A DNA stretch of 63,995 bases, the filler included, from Gonapodya sp. JEL0774 (taxonomy: Eukaryota), in assembly GCA_027604505.1 (NCBI GenBank). It is 7 parts of 7 records of this genome, joined end to end, with 100 filler letters (N's around TTAATTAATTAA, not from the genome) between each part and the next. Parts side by side here need not be neighbours in the genome. Positions count along the whole stretch, not along the records: positions 27,842 to 36,956 come from JADIIX010000423.1; positions 37,057 to 46,158 come from JADIIX010000424.1; 5 more parts are not named here. One strand, 5' to 3'. Each line of letters opens with the position of its first letter. The stretch's first letter is position 1. Under the pieces are notes generated by a model, which was given only the letters and a program-made list of their open reading frames with translations, did no database searches and was not told the DNA's origin. The translations under genes were made by a program, and so were the position numbers. Positions 27,842-40,324 of the stretch are shown here, one piece after another.

Positions 27842-29751
27842 CAATCCCTGCTGAAGTGACCCCCCTTGTTGCAGTTGAAGCATCGATCGTTGTTTGCATT
27901 GGCCCACTGACCCAACGTATTTCCTTGACCCCATTGTTGCGGTGGTGGAGGGGGTCCGTACGGTGGGTAGGGCGGGTGGGGATACGGGTACCACTGCTGA
28001 TACGGTGGGTAAGGCGGAGCAAATCCTTGCGGACCTGCTGGGGGATACGGCGGTGGATATGGGGCGTACGGCTGCTGTTGCAGGTAGGGGTTCGGTCCGC
28101 TCTCCGGGCGCCTCATGGGGCCACCTCCACCTCGTCCGCGGCCACCCCGGCTGTTTCCATTTCCACGACCACCACCATGGTGACCTCTTGCCGCCTGCCT
28201 CGCTTCCGGCTCGGTTGGCGGGGCCGCTGCGGGGCGCTTCATTCCGTCCGCCAACTCCATCTCCGTAAACTCCGGTGCCGGGCGCTTCTGCGGCAGGTCG
28301 GTGCGCGCCACTCCCACCCAACGACATCCTGCCGGTAAAGGCGGGAACCTTGATGTTGCATATGCCTGCAAGTCAGACACACGCTCCCGGAGCTCCTGTA
28401 TCTGGAGCTTGTCTCCTGGCTTCACCACCACGTTCAGCATCTGACGTGCCTCAGGGCCAGCGGCCTTAAGGAACATTGTGACGTACTTTTCATTGAGTTG
28501 CTCGCTCGTCATTCTGCTACGGGGCGTTGTGTACGCCTGCAACCGCCGCACGTCCGCCATGTGCTGCTCCAACGTCGCAGACGCTGTGTCTGCGGTGCAC
28601 AACCCGTCCACACACACCACTGCCCAGTTTGCATTGTCCACAACTTGCTGCGCCTCCTCCCGTAGAGCGTCTGTCACTACCATGGTGTAGTACCACCCGA
28701 AGAAACTGTCCAGATCATCAACTGGTGGGTAGTTGAGGACCCTGGCGTCCCAGAGACGGTGGGTCGGGGGCAGCGTGCCCGGTTGTTTTGTGTTGCCCCA
28801 CGCTTTGTTGAGCGACTCCGTGAGCGCGAGTGCGCACCAGTTCACTGCGTCCGGTCCGTCTGGCACACCAGCCTGCTCCACACTACGACGCAAGCGCTCC
28901 ACCCAATCATGTGGGTCCTCCCCAACTCGTCTCTTCATTTCGCTACTCGGCGGTTTGTACGTTCGCTTCTGGAACGTCGGGAGGTCGGCGATGGTCGACC
29001 TCGGTTTCGGAACCACTGCAGGTGGTTGGGGCTTCTTCTCGTTTGCCAGCAGTGTGCTCGCTTTTTCGTTCGCCGTAAATCTCACTTCATTCGTACGGGG
29101 ACCCTTGTACCCCGCCGCCATTATCCTCGTGTCGAGATCGAACTGCAACTCACGCAACTCCTTCTCCTCCAACTGGTGTGTCAACTCCATCTCCTCCCGC
29201 CTTAGAGCCACGCGCTCCCTCATGTCCGCGACACGCGCGCGCAGCGACTCCGTTGTCTCGTCCACAGATGGTTTGCTCGCTGCAACGGGGTAGAGGCTCG
29301 CCGCACCCTGAGTCCCGGGGAGTTTGCGTGGCCGAAGGGGAGGCGTACTGGACGACGAAGAGGGAGGGGCGTTGTTGGGGAGCTTTCGTGCTTTCGGAGT
29401 TGCGGACGGTTTGTTTGTCGGCGAAGGGAGATGATCGGAAGCTGGTGGAGGACGATTTTGGGGTGTCGGGGTCCCATCGCCTGCTGCACTTGCCGGCTCC
29501 TTCGGGGTGATCGGACTGAAGCCCGGTGGTTTCGGACTTTCTTCGGTGTCGACGGGGCCTTTGCCTTTGACAGAGACAGCCGGGGAGTCGGCGACTGGGG
29601 CGCCAGAACCTTCGCCAGAAGGGGGATCGTCGATGCCAGGCCCTTTGGGGGCATCCTCGTCAAGCTCATCGAAGTCGACGACGTTGAATGGTTCAATGTT
29701 TGCCATTGAAGATGATAGAGGGAAGAGCGGATTCGATCGGTATTCGGACAC
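27842..29751 (-). CDS. gag: LTR-retrotransposon Gag-like protein, truncated at the scaffold edge just after the zinc knuckle
   Basis: Intronless ORF of >630 codons with coiled coil, capsid-like GEDPHDWVERL segment, RGG-rich stretch and CFNCNKGGHFSRD(C) CCHC knuckle. Confidence 0.8.
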
Positions 29752-29785
29752 AGGCCACAGCGGAGTGACAGGATGCGAGATGCTG

Positions 29786-29950
29786 CCGGCCGTCCCCCCA
29801 ATTGTGATGTCCCGTACTGGACCGGACTGGTAGATGTAGGACAGGGATCTGATGTATGTCTAGATCCTTTAATACATGTATGACTACCTACAGGCATCCC
29901 AGGAGCCCAGTACACCACAGTTCATCATAGACCATTTCAACTCTCTCCAC
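29786..29950 (-). mobile_element. 3' end of a 5' LTR (...ACATCACA, ending at 29803) followed by a primer-binding site TGGGGGGACGGCCGG (29800-29786); distal LTR boundary not fixed
   Basis: Minus strand reads ...attaaa...gggacatcaca-at-tggggggacggccgg, ~50 nt upstream of the gag ORF. Confidence 0.6.
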
Positions 29951-31387
29951 ACATCACGAAATCGCGAATTAATTCCGATTCTCTTTATTGCAAGCTCCAA
30001 ACTAGCCTTCGCAATTTTGACTACAATGGCTTCTTCGTTCTCTTCCACGCTCCCTCCTACGGCTCTCTCATCTTCCTCCGCGTCTTCCCCCAACATGGAG
30101 TTGTCCACCACCAAGTCTCCGCGGTCCATCCTCTCGTCCATCGCGGCGAAAATGGCGACTGGTCCCTCCCAAAGTCCGATGACGGTGGGCGCTGGTCAGA
30201 TCCGTGGCCGTGTCGAGCCAGAGGACTCCACAATGGGAAACGCGATCCAAACGAAAAAGTCCAGATTCTCTGGGCTCAAGCCCATCTCGCGCGCTTTCAG
30301 CGGTCTCGGATCACTTGCAATGAACAGCCTTGCGCTCTATGTGGTCACGCAGTGTGGGGGGAATGTGTCTGAGGTGATGGCTGTCATGGGAAGGGATATG
30401 CGGGAACAGGGCACCGATTGTGGTCTGAAAGTAAAGTTGGAGCAACAAATTGTGGAGGAGATCAGCGCAAAGTGGAATGACAAGGATATTGAGGTGTGAT
30501 CTAGACACTTTGGCGTGCAAGACAACTATTCCATAACACACAATGTCCAATCGCCCAGAACGCTGCAAACTTTCAAGATAGAGTTGAGAATGGGACTGAG
30601 ATATTTGATGGAGTAGAACCCAAGGAGGTGAGAGTCCCATTCCCTGCTTCTCAATCGATTTTGCTCATTTGCATCTTCATACAATGCCATCTCTGACGGC
30701 AGAAGAATGTGATGGAATCCAAGAAAGATGCATGTGGAATATGCGCAATGGAGATTGAGAACGAAGTGAGCTTGTTGTACATCGCATTCTTTTAGTGTGA
30801 TCTGACAGCGCTGGCATGGTTGTGATCAGGTAGATGATTGGAAGTGTAAAAAATCAAAAGAAAGAAGATATCAAAGTATTGCACTATTCAAAAGTCATCC
30901 AGGTGCGTTTTCCTTCTCTCGTTAGGAATTTTAACAAACTTTAATGGACAAAACGTCGAACTTCAAAGGTTTTTGCGGGCAAGGACATGGCAAGTACAAA
31001 CAAGACTGATGGACAGAATGAGGAGGGAGCCGAAAGTGTGCGGCATCTGATGATAGATGGAGAATGCCTGAACCCAGAGGTGGGTCTGGTAGTTGTTCGC
31101 AAAGCCATGGTTGTACATACTTATCGGTGATCCCAGCTTCGTGTGAAACCTCAAGCTACGAGTAGTACGCAATTTCTGGAAGAGAGAATTTCTGAGCCTG
31201 CTGGCGAAATGGATTCACGTGCGGTAAGACCACTGTGTTTGTTCTCTGTCTGGTGTGAGCTGATGAGCGTCGTAAAGTTGGACTATGATAATTCGCAACA
31301 AGAAACACGTCGAGGCTTGGGCATGGATTCTGCTCTACAGTGTGATTTTCCTGCTAAAGAGGTAAATTTTCGCTCATTTACCGTACA

Positions 31388-34300
31388 TTGGTTGGATCTT
31401 GTGCTCGAAGATTTTTTGGTTTTGACGAACAGGGTAATGACCATACAGTTGGCAAAACAATCGATCCTCCCTCTTCAAACTCAATTGTCAGCAAGGAGGG
31501 ATCAATCGTAATGGATGAGGCACTACTTAACGGAATCTCGTTGAAGGGACAAGGAAGGCTGATTGACCGTACAAAGTACGACAATGCACCGGTACGTCAG
31601 GACATGCGTTTACTCATTTTTTATGGATGGATGGCAAAATTTTCTTGTTGGCTCTGATGTCAACACCCAGGGTGTGCGGGACGAGACGGGCTTCAGTGCC
31701 GTGACTGGAATGGTCCTGGGAGCGCACGCAGTGGACAAACACCGGGATGAGGTAGAAGAACACGTGTGCGTAGCAAAAGTCTATTTGCCGTCCGACGAAA
31801 ATCATCTTGAGGTGAGATTGCATTTCTTTAGCGTGACCTTCTGAGGCTGAGTGGACAAACCCCATCACCTCCTAGAAATTGGAAAGTGCTCCATTTGAAC
31901 AGGAAGAACTCACTATTCTCAAAGAAATGAGTTTGATTACGGTGAATTGACAACCACTCTACTTCTGGTTTTGATATTTAATCCATTCGACGGTAATATA
32001 TGCACTCACAGGTTGTCACTGAGAGCTCAGGCGCATTGATCACTGACTTTTACCGAGAAAATCGTACATCTGCCTCAAATATCTGTGACTGGAACATGGA
32101 CAAAACGGATACTATAAGCATTGCGACAACTGAAGACTCACAGTTTCTGATAGGTTTATCCAGGCAGGATGCTAATATTGATCACAAATATGAAATGCGA
32201 GACAAACTTCCAGCCGTAGGTTTTACAACCTATTTGCCAATAACCATTTCTGATGAAGAGTTTCCGAACGACAAGGCTTATCACCGCTATTGTACAATCT
32301 GCCAAGATTCAACGTGCATGGCAAGTGAGGTGAACATTGGAACTTGCACATCCGGAGAATTCAGCCAGGGAATGCACTCCGTGACTACAAGGGACTTGAA
32401 GACGAATGCCGCAAATGTGAGTGAATGGATTGAGATTGCCAGGAGAGCCACATCTGAACGTGATTCCATATGCATCAAGGACTCCGATATCGCATACAAC
32501 ATCAGAAAGAGTGAGGTACACCTGAGTTGTTGGTGCTTGCTACCGGTCGGACAGACATGTAGGGTTGATTGTTCACATCTTTATAGGTGCCGATGGAAGA
32601 CACGGAAAGTTTGTACAAGGCAGAACATCGTATTCTGATGGGAGATGCCATTTTAGAGAAGGTTGGTGTTTGTTTGCTCGCTTACTCCAGCCAACCACCA
32701 TGCATAAATTTTGCGAATCTGATGCCAAAGATGACCACAATCACCGTGGACCATGAACTGGGCACGTCTAGTTGCTCAAGTAGTAGCAGGGACAATACTG
32801 GGTCTGAGGAGGGCTTATTGTATATTTCGGAGCGCACAGTTCTCGCTGACAAAGACATTGAGGTGTCCACGCGCGTTATCTCCGACAGTAATTGTGAGGG
32901 AACTCAAGAAACTCTTAAGGTAAGTCTTGCCTCAGATTGACTACCCTCTAATTTGAATGCAAGTGGTTTTATTATGAAGTCACAGGATCTTTCGATACAA
33001 AATTCGGGGTATTCAGTTATGATCGGCATGAACTCAGAGTACGCATATGTTCTAAATAACCCTTCTATTTTAGCCACAAGTACTCTCAATCAGACGCAGA
33101 GAATTGCTAAACAAATTATGGAAGCAAATGAATCAGGCAATCAGATAACTGCAGGCTTTGATTGCTATGATTCTTTCTTCGAGGAATTCAAGACATCGTA
33201 TAGTACTATTCAAGAACTATTCCCTCAATACAAAGGCTTCATACCCATGAAGGGTGGCGGGCAAAGCTTGTACTTATGGAAGGCATCAGACAGGCGGACT
33301 GGGAAATTGGTAGTGATCAAGAATGCCACCGACTCTGTGATTAATCCTTTCCCAAACATTCGTGAAGCACGGTGGAGTACTATTTTTAATGGACTGGATG
33401 GCTGTGCTACAATCGTCAAGGTTGTCAGAACTCTGGATTCGTTGTTCATTGTCAGTTCCTACACTGGCGAATTCAATGCAATCACCTTTGCCCAGCACCT
33501 TGGAAGACAGGCACGTAAATCTCCCCAAAGAATGGCAGAACAATTAATGAAGCTTGAGAGGCTCATGTATGACGCTATTGTCATTCTTCATCGAATCCAT
33601 GATCTTGGTGCAATCGTGTGCAATGTCAAGCCACAAAATATGGTGTTGGATGAGCGCAGAAACTTGACAATAATAGACTTTGGGATGATGATGCAGATGC
33701 GGCACAATGGCACAGTACATTATCACGGTGGATCACCTTCATACGCCGCTCCTGAGTGCAATACCGAGGACCCGATTGTAACACAAAAGGCTGATGTTTA
33801 CTCTCTTGGAATGACCTTCAGCCAGATCTTTTACAGTTTCTACCACCCTGATCAAGGCATCAGTCGAGCAGCAATTGTTACCAGAGATGGAAATTTGTTT
33901 TGCTGAACCAAGCTTCCATCATCAATGCAAGCACTTCTCCTTGAGCTGCTACAAGTTGATCCACGTCAGCACCCAAATATGAGTGATATTCTCTTGTCTG
34001 GTTGGGCACAAGAGGCTTGCCTCAAATATGGCTGGCCAGTCCCTGTGTTCTCTCAACATTCAATACTAGAAACCGCAGATACCTATATCGAGAATGAAGT
34101 GCGGAACTTTATGACACGCACACTCTGCTATACAGAGAATTCACTATCAATATCTCCTTATTCTTCTGGTGAACTTCAATTGACAATGATTGAGGGAGTA
34201 AATTTCTCTGGCAGTCATTTGAAGAAAACGTTACGAACAAGGCTACTGGAAGCTTTCGGATTCTCGGACTGGCTCAGACCAGTCAAACCTCGCTCCCAAA

Positions 34301-34482
34301 TCTTTGAAAGCACCTTTGACTACACAGTTTCTGCTAGAAATATGTACACCCACTTATGCAAGCAGTTTCAGCGTGGATATAATCCTTGCATCAATTTTGG
34401 AGCAGTGGGAGACCTCTTAATTTGGAGAAGGGCCGAAGAGTTCTCTAGTATATTCCTATTGGGAGGTACACTGAGCAGTTGA
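31388..34482 (+). pseudogene. Ser/Thr protein kinase-domain gene with large unknown N-terminal region, probably decayed; 5' limit approximate
   Basis: KGGGQSLY, VVIKN, IVCNVKPQN (HRD replaced by VCN), IIDFG, GGSPSYAAPE, ADVYSLG, DPRQHP; in-frame TGA at 33904-33906 with the kinase C-lobe continuing in the same frame. Confidence 0.7.
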
Positions 34483-35070
34483 GGATTACGGAGGTATGTG
34501 TCAGGTACCTTCTTATTGAGCTACAGGATTCTTAGCCAAATACTTACTCCACTCACAATTAAGAGTTTGAATCAATAATGCCCATCGAGAGCTCTAAACG
34601 AGTAATGTTCTGTTGCACCCATTGAGGAGACATGCTAATTACTTTTGTCAACTTTCCGTTTTGACCTCCGTTCTTTTGTGTCCGATGTTGTGTATGCCCT
34701 TACATGAAATGATAGCCAGAAACTTTGTGCATTCATTTGTCTTCTATTATGCCGTGTCTGTAGTCACTGGTAAAACGACAAATCGCGAATAAAAGATTGC
34801 ACGGTTCCTCTTTGGTTGTATTGTGTAACGGAACGCCAATGTGAGCCGACGACACCAAAAAATTAATTAATCTAGCATCACGCTTTCTCGAAGGCTTAGT
34901 AGCTAAGATGTCATATCGTTAAGTTTCCTGAAGAAGGGCTGGTTTAGGGAGATTGGGATTTGCGAGAAACAATGTTTGCTTTACACACCGGACAATTTGT
35001 TGCGCAAACCACTGGGAGATTTCATTGATGGACGAGATTTGTGCTTTTCTTACTGTTGCAATAAGTTCCG

Positions 35071-36956
35071 CTATGCTTTTCTTGCAATTCTCTGGAGATG
35101 ATGCGTTAAAACTGTAGATGAGTTTGGTTGTAATCGGACTTGCCGGAGGTACTTGCGTCTATTTTCAGCATGTTCCAACATGTCCCACGCTACCTCCTTA
35201 GTGTGGTCAACATTTCTAAATCCTAATGAAAGTGGAAACAACCTTTTCTCAACTTTGGAAGGCGTGGGTACGTGTTGAGAAAAAATTGAATCAACTTTAA
35301 TGTGGAAAATGTCCCAACTCTCCGTTTCTTCGGCAAAGTCATTCTCGTTCATTTGCATTTGGGATTTTACTAACAGCAGTGCAAGCTGATGTGGGTTACT
35401 TTCGCTCAAGCTCTCAAAGAGGATTATGCTGAGGTGGAATATTCTTGAGTCAGAACCCCAAATGAACATTTTGTTGCAACATTGACAAAACATCCTTGAA
35501 TCAATGAGCTCCGATGAGCTCTGCTTCAATTGCTCGACTGTGAGGATCAGCCTTTTCTGCGCTTTTGTCAAGGCAAACTTACTCCTCAAACTGAAATCCA
35601 TTGTGCTATCTGTAACGTAGTCAACGGAGATCGATGATAGATAGATAGTATCGGCCGAATGCTGCACAATTAGACTTACAATCTGCCTCACGTTCAGCTT
35701 CAGCCATATCCCAAACATAGTCAAATTTTCCAATGGAAACGTAGGGTATCCAACTACGGCGATGAAGAAACGAGGGCGCTTTGGGGAGATCATCTTGGCA
35801 CACAGCACAGATGAAATCGATCACGCCTGTCCCCAAGATCCCCTCGCACAACATCTGCAAACCCGTCAAGCAATCAAGATGAAATTCTCCCAAAACTCTG
35901 GCAACTTTTGTTTGATCAATAATAAGTGCTGATGTGATCGGTTCTGCCTCATTCGAGAAGTCAAAAAGCTCTGTGAGTGCTGTATCAAAAATCCGTCTTG
36001 CTACAAAAGACTTGGTGGCGTGCATCCGAGTCTCTCTGGGGCACAGTTCCAATATGTTTTTCATTGATTTCACCGGCAAAGTTAGCAGAGAAAATGGTTC
36101 GGAAATGGTGTTGTTGGCAAGTTCCTACTGCAAAACCAAACAACAACAGACTGTTAGAAGAAATTGTTGTCGCTGAAACAGCTCCCAAAAGTATCTTACA
36201 TTATTGAGCTGATTCAACCACTCTACTGTACGACATTGTGTAAGGTGTAGATGCTCAAACGCAGTTTGCAGCGCTTCATTTGGCTCTTCAGCAATCGTGG
36301 AACCGGACATTAGATGGTGAATCGAAGGTACGTTTATCTTCGCATGGCTGCAGACAGGTGACAAGAAAGGACCACCGACGCTGTGAGTAAGTACATGAAG
36401 TTGTACGGTTATGGAGGGAATCATGACTCTCCTCCGACCACTGGCACGCTCAACACCGCCAACTCACAGGATGGGCGGATTGATGTAAGGACAAAAGTGA
36501 TGCAGCTTCTACCCAGTTCTTTGTTGAGGATCAAAGCTTCGTCGCGTTGGTTACAAGGATGCCTGACTTGGTATCGGCGCCGGAAAGTATGATGAATCCC
36601 AAAGTTGTCGTGTGTTGAATCGCCCGGCAATCCAAGAGACAGCGTACAAGAGATGTCCAGACAGAAGATTCACGCGTTTCAATTGTCGGTGTGCTTTGTT
36701 GATTGAGGCTTGCCTTTGTGTGAGTGTAAAGCTCTGACGGGCTTTGTATTTTTGTGCCGTGAGTGAAGAGCAACAGTTCCAACAAAAGTTCACATTCACT
36801 GATAAAAAACTATCGCCTTGAAAATGCAGTTTATCTATGGATCGGAAGAAACACTTCCACGGACATGTGGATAAAAACAATAGTCTGGTTTCCGGTTCCG
36901 TCGAATCGTGTGGTATTCACCCAGTCAGTGTATGTCCCGTTCTCACGACAGGTCTG
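35071..36956 (-). CDS. Hypothetical multi-segment gene or pseudogene of unknown function
   Basis: Overlapping minus-strand ORFs of 245, 152, 99 and 109 aa with globular-like composition; no recognisable motif. Confidence 0.3.
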
Positions 36957-37056
36957 NNNNNNNNNNNNNNNNNNNNNNNNNNNNNNNNNNNNNNNNNNNN
37001 TTAATTAATTAANNNNNNNNNNNNNNNNNNNNNNNNNNNNNNNNNNNNNNNNNNNN
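36957..37056. other. Artificial scaffold linker
   Basis: N-TTAATTAATTAA-N. Confidence 0.97.
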
Positions 37057-37560
37057 GAAGGGAGCGACATCAGTAGTGTACGCTCCTCGGATCTGGACAT
37101 TGATGATACGGAACCAATCACCGCACCCGCCTCTGGTCAACGTTCCGATCCGCAGCCCAAACCAGTGCCAGTGGCGACGGTGGTAGTGCACCAAAAGCCG
37201 ACATCAATGCAGCAAACGAACTATGGGAAGCAACCTGGGGTTGCTCCGGCGGCGTTGGGGACTGGGAAAGTTGTCGTGGACGATGACGACAGTTTCGATC
37301 TTTCTGGATTGAGTCTCTCAGATGAGATTAAGCCAGGTGCACAAGTGCAAAGCTCGAGGTAAGTGCGTTCTTGGTTGAACAGCTAGAGGTCGTTGTTGTC
37401 GATCTTTTGTGATCCATCGTTTGCGAACGGTTTTCGCCGTAACAGGGCATCTCCACCAGCAAAGTCAGCACCGACGGTTGCGAAAACTCCCGTAAGCCAA
37501 GACGACGAGCTGGATGACCTCCTGGAAGAGTTTTCGGACATTGAGGGTTTGGAGATGTAA
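37057..37560 (+). CDS. 3' end of an unidentified gene (acidic low-complexity C-terminus)
   Basis: DDDDSFDLSGLSLSDE exon, GTAAG..CAG intron, final exon ending QDDELDDLLEEFSDIEGLEM*. Confidence 0.6.
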
Positions 37561-40324
37561 CGGATCATACTCTCGTGTACGCAAGGCAGAATGGTCAGCA
37601 GTTTTGTCCATTGTTGTAAATAGCTACGAGTGCTTTTGTATATTGTTGCACGTAGACTTTCATATCAAATCATGGATATTCAAGAAAATCGCATGCGAAT
37701 CCATTGTGCAAATGCATCAAGGCAATTGGCACGCTGTGACTCTTTGTCGGCAATCACCTTGATAAATAGTTCAGGAATACAAAAATCATATACTACTGAT
37801 AAAATGAATATAGATAACGATATGATTTCGCCCAACTGTAATTAAGACCGCTTTCCATCGGCGCTTGTAAACGGTGGTGGATTGCGATGGAAAGGTCCGG
37901 CTCTTTCCACGACTTTCCATGGCCAGCCAGACCATCAAAAATGGATGGAGTTGAGTGAAACTTTTTGAGCAAGCAGCGCTAATTTTGGAAATCGCAGAGT
38001 AATTTTCTCAACGAGTTCCGACCATTTATGCGGCGTGGATCTGGTGTTGAAGTGCCAAAAGCGCGGTACCAAATATTCCGTTCACACCTGGCCAAAACAG
38101 GCGCAAGCCTGAGCTCTGGAAAGTTTCCATCAAATATTACTTGACTCACCCGGTGCGAATTCTCTTACTTTCTTGCATGCCAACGCATATTTGACTTCAA
38201 ACTCGACCATTGCCGAAGAAGATACGCGCCGCAAGCCGCCATGCAGACGCCGGCGTTCTTAAAGGACTCCGAGCGCCAGGTCAGCTTTCGTCCGTCACAA
38301 TATCCCGCGCACTGGCAAAGCTCCTGCATTGAGCGATGTTACAAGTGAATGTGAGTTTTGCGAATGAGTCCTTCTCCTGTGCAGCAGGAATTGGCAGTAC
38401 GTCCTGCGGGTTTGATTCCTGCCTAACCTCATTCGGTGCTCTTGCACATTGTACGCCCATTGCAGTCTGCGGCACCTACACGAAGTTGAAACTTATGATT
38501 TCTATTCTCGTGACAATTGTGGTCCTCCCTTGGGCTGATGTTGACATTGCCTGGCCTCGAAGTAAGAAATGCAAAATTTGTTTCAGCTGTAGTTCCCATT
38601 GATTGCGTTCGACTTCTGTTGCACCTTTTTCAATCTCAGTCATTTTTTATGCTGATTCAGCTTTGGTCCTCTCTCCTCTTATGTTCATCTTCTTCATCGC
38701 CAGTTCCGACAGTTTTGTCTGCAAACTATTTTTTGAACTCCCTCTGTCTGTGCTTTCCTACGAATAGTGTCGAATTTACTGAGCTTCATTTATTTTGGAT
38801 CAAGAACTGTGATTCTGACGGCTCATACCGTTCCCGGGTTGTACAACCTCCTTTTTTCGCACCCAGTTTTTGACAAACCCATGGCTCCAATCCATAATGC
38901 ACGGCAGCTTGTAGTTCATTTCTGACTTTCGCTTTGCTCAACTAGGTTCAGTCCTCTTTGCATTGCAAACCTCCTCCTCGTGCTACCCGATTCTTTCCAG
39001 TGTGTTACTCTTATTTTGTTGTTTGCTCCGACAACGGTTGCTTTTATGCTCACAATACAGCCCTTTTATAGAGGGTGCCTTGCTTTGTGAGTTCAATTTC
39101 GACTTTTGTGTGAATGCGATTGGCTACTCACTGTTTCTCCAATTCTTCCCCTCACAGAATCGAGAACTGGTCTTCCCGTTCCGCGGGCGTTACTTTGCGC
39201 CCAGATTCCATCCTGGACGAGCGGTGTGCAAGCATTGTTCGACACCACGGATAGCGAATTCGGTGTCAAGGGAAGCGAAAGTGGATGCCCCACCTTGTCG
39301 TCCAATCGGTCACGGCCGAGTTGGCTTCAAGAGGCCGGCAGCCAGACCCAGACCACTAACCGATTAGCGAGAAGTCCTCGGACGTTATTAGTGATCGGGT
39401 GCACAACGGACAGTTTCCAGGTTGGTGGGTGCCGTTGGATTCGTCTCGGTATTGAAGAATCAAATCTGATCCCATCTCTTTGTTGCCACAGCTACATCGC
39501 TTTGCTTTCTCTTCGTATGTCCACGTTTTCTCATGCGACTGAAGTTCAATGTTGCCTTGGAATGTAGCAGTACTCTTCTGATCCGCATGTTGCTTTGTAC
39601 CAGACAGTTTGCTGTTCAAGTTTTAGTGGTCTACTGGAGTCTTTGATTTCCGTCAGTCATATGCATACATAGTCGCAAATTTGAAAGTAGCCATGCTTAT
39701 GTAGGATTCAATAGCATTTGGCAAGTTGGCTCAGTCTTCATCGAGCTTTGTGAATGCAAAACTTCAGAAGTCTGTTCAGGTTTGTGGGACTTCTGAATTT
39801 GCTGTGCAGGTCGGCGGTAGAGGTGTCAAGTAGTCAGAGGTGTTGCTGAAGGCTGTGCTTTGTTGAATGCTCTTCATGCATGTGTTGGTGGTGCGGGCAG
39901 GGTGTTCTGCCAGGGAGTCTCACTGACCAAGTTCCATGATATCACCAAGTCTTGAGAGTCTGGAGGATGGCCTTGAAGATTGCGATCACATAGCGACTTA
40001 CCCACACCGCGATGTCTCGAAATACCGAATTGGAATTCGGATTGTGGGGTGCTAATCCTGAGCATGAATACCATCGGCAGTTTGTTCTGCCTTCTTCAGG
40101 GAATCACACGCTAACGCTGACCTCATCGCAACCCCGAAAAAAAAGACATTTGTGATCAGCCTTACGACCATCGCTCAGCTGGTCTCGTCATTAAGGAATA
40201 TACGGCTCATGGTCGACCAACGAAAAGTACAAGTCCTGACTGCCGCAACGTGAATGTCGCGCTCCGGGAAGGTCGTTAAACAAGACCTTGGATAGGAAGC
40301 TGAATATGTGATCGGTTCTCGCCA

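Noticed and set aside
33904..33906. Programmed readthrough, selenocysteine or alternative genetic code at the in-frame TGA (also 51863-51865)
   Set aside because: Other genes here end in TGA normally (cyanase, ABCG), and accompanying catalytic-site transitions point to mutational decay.
37840..40100. Possible minus-strand coiled-coil gene
   Set aside because: All frames are interrupted by frequent stops; product not supportable.
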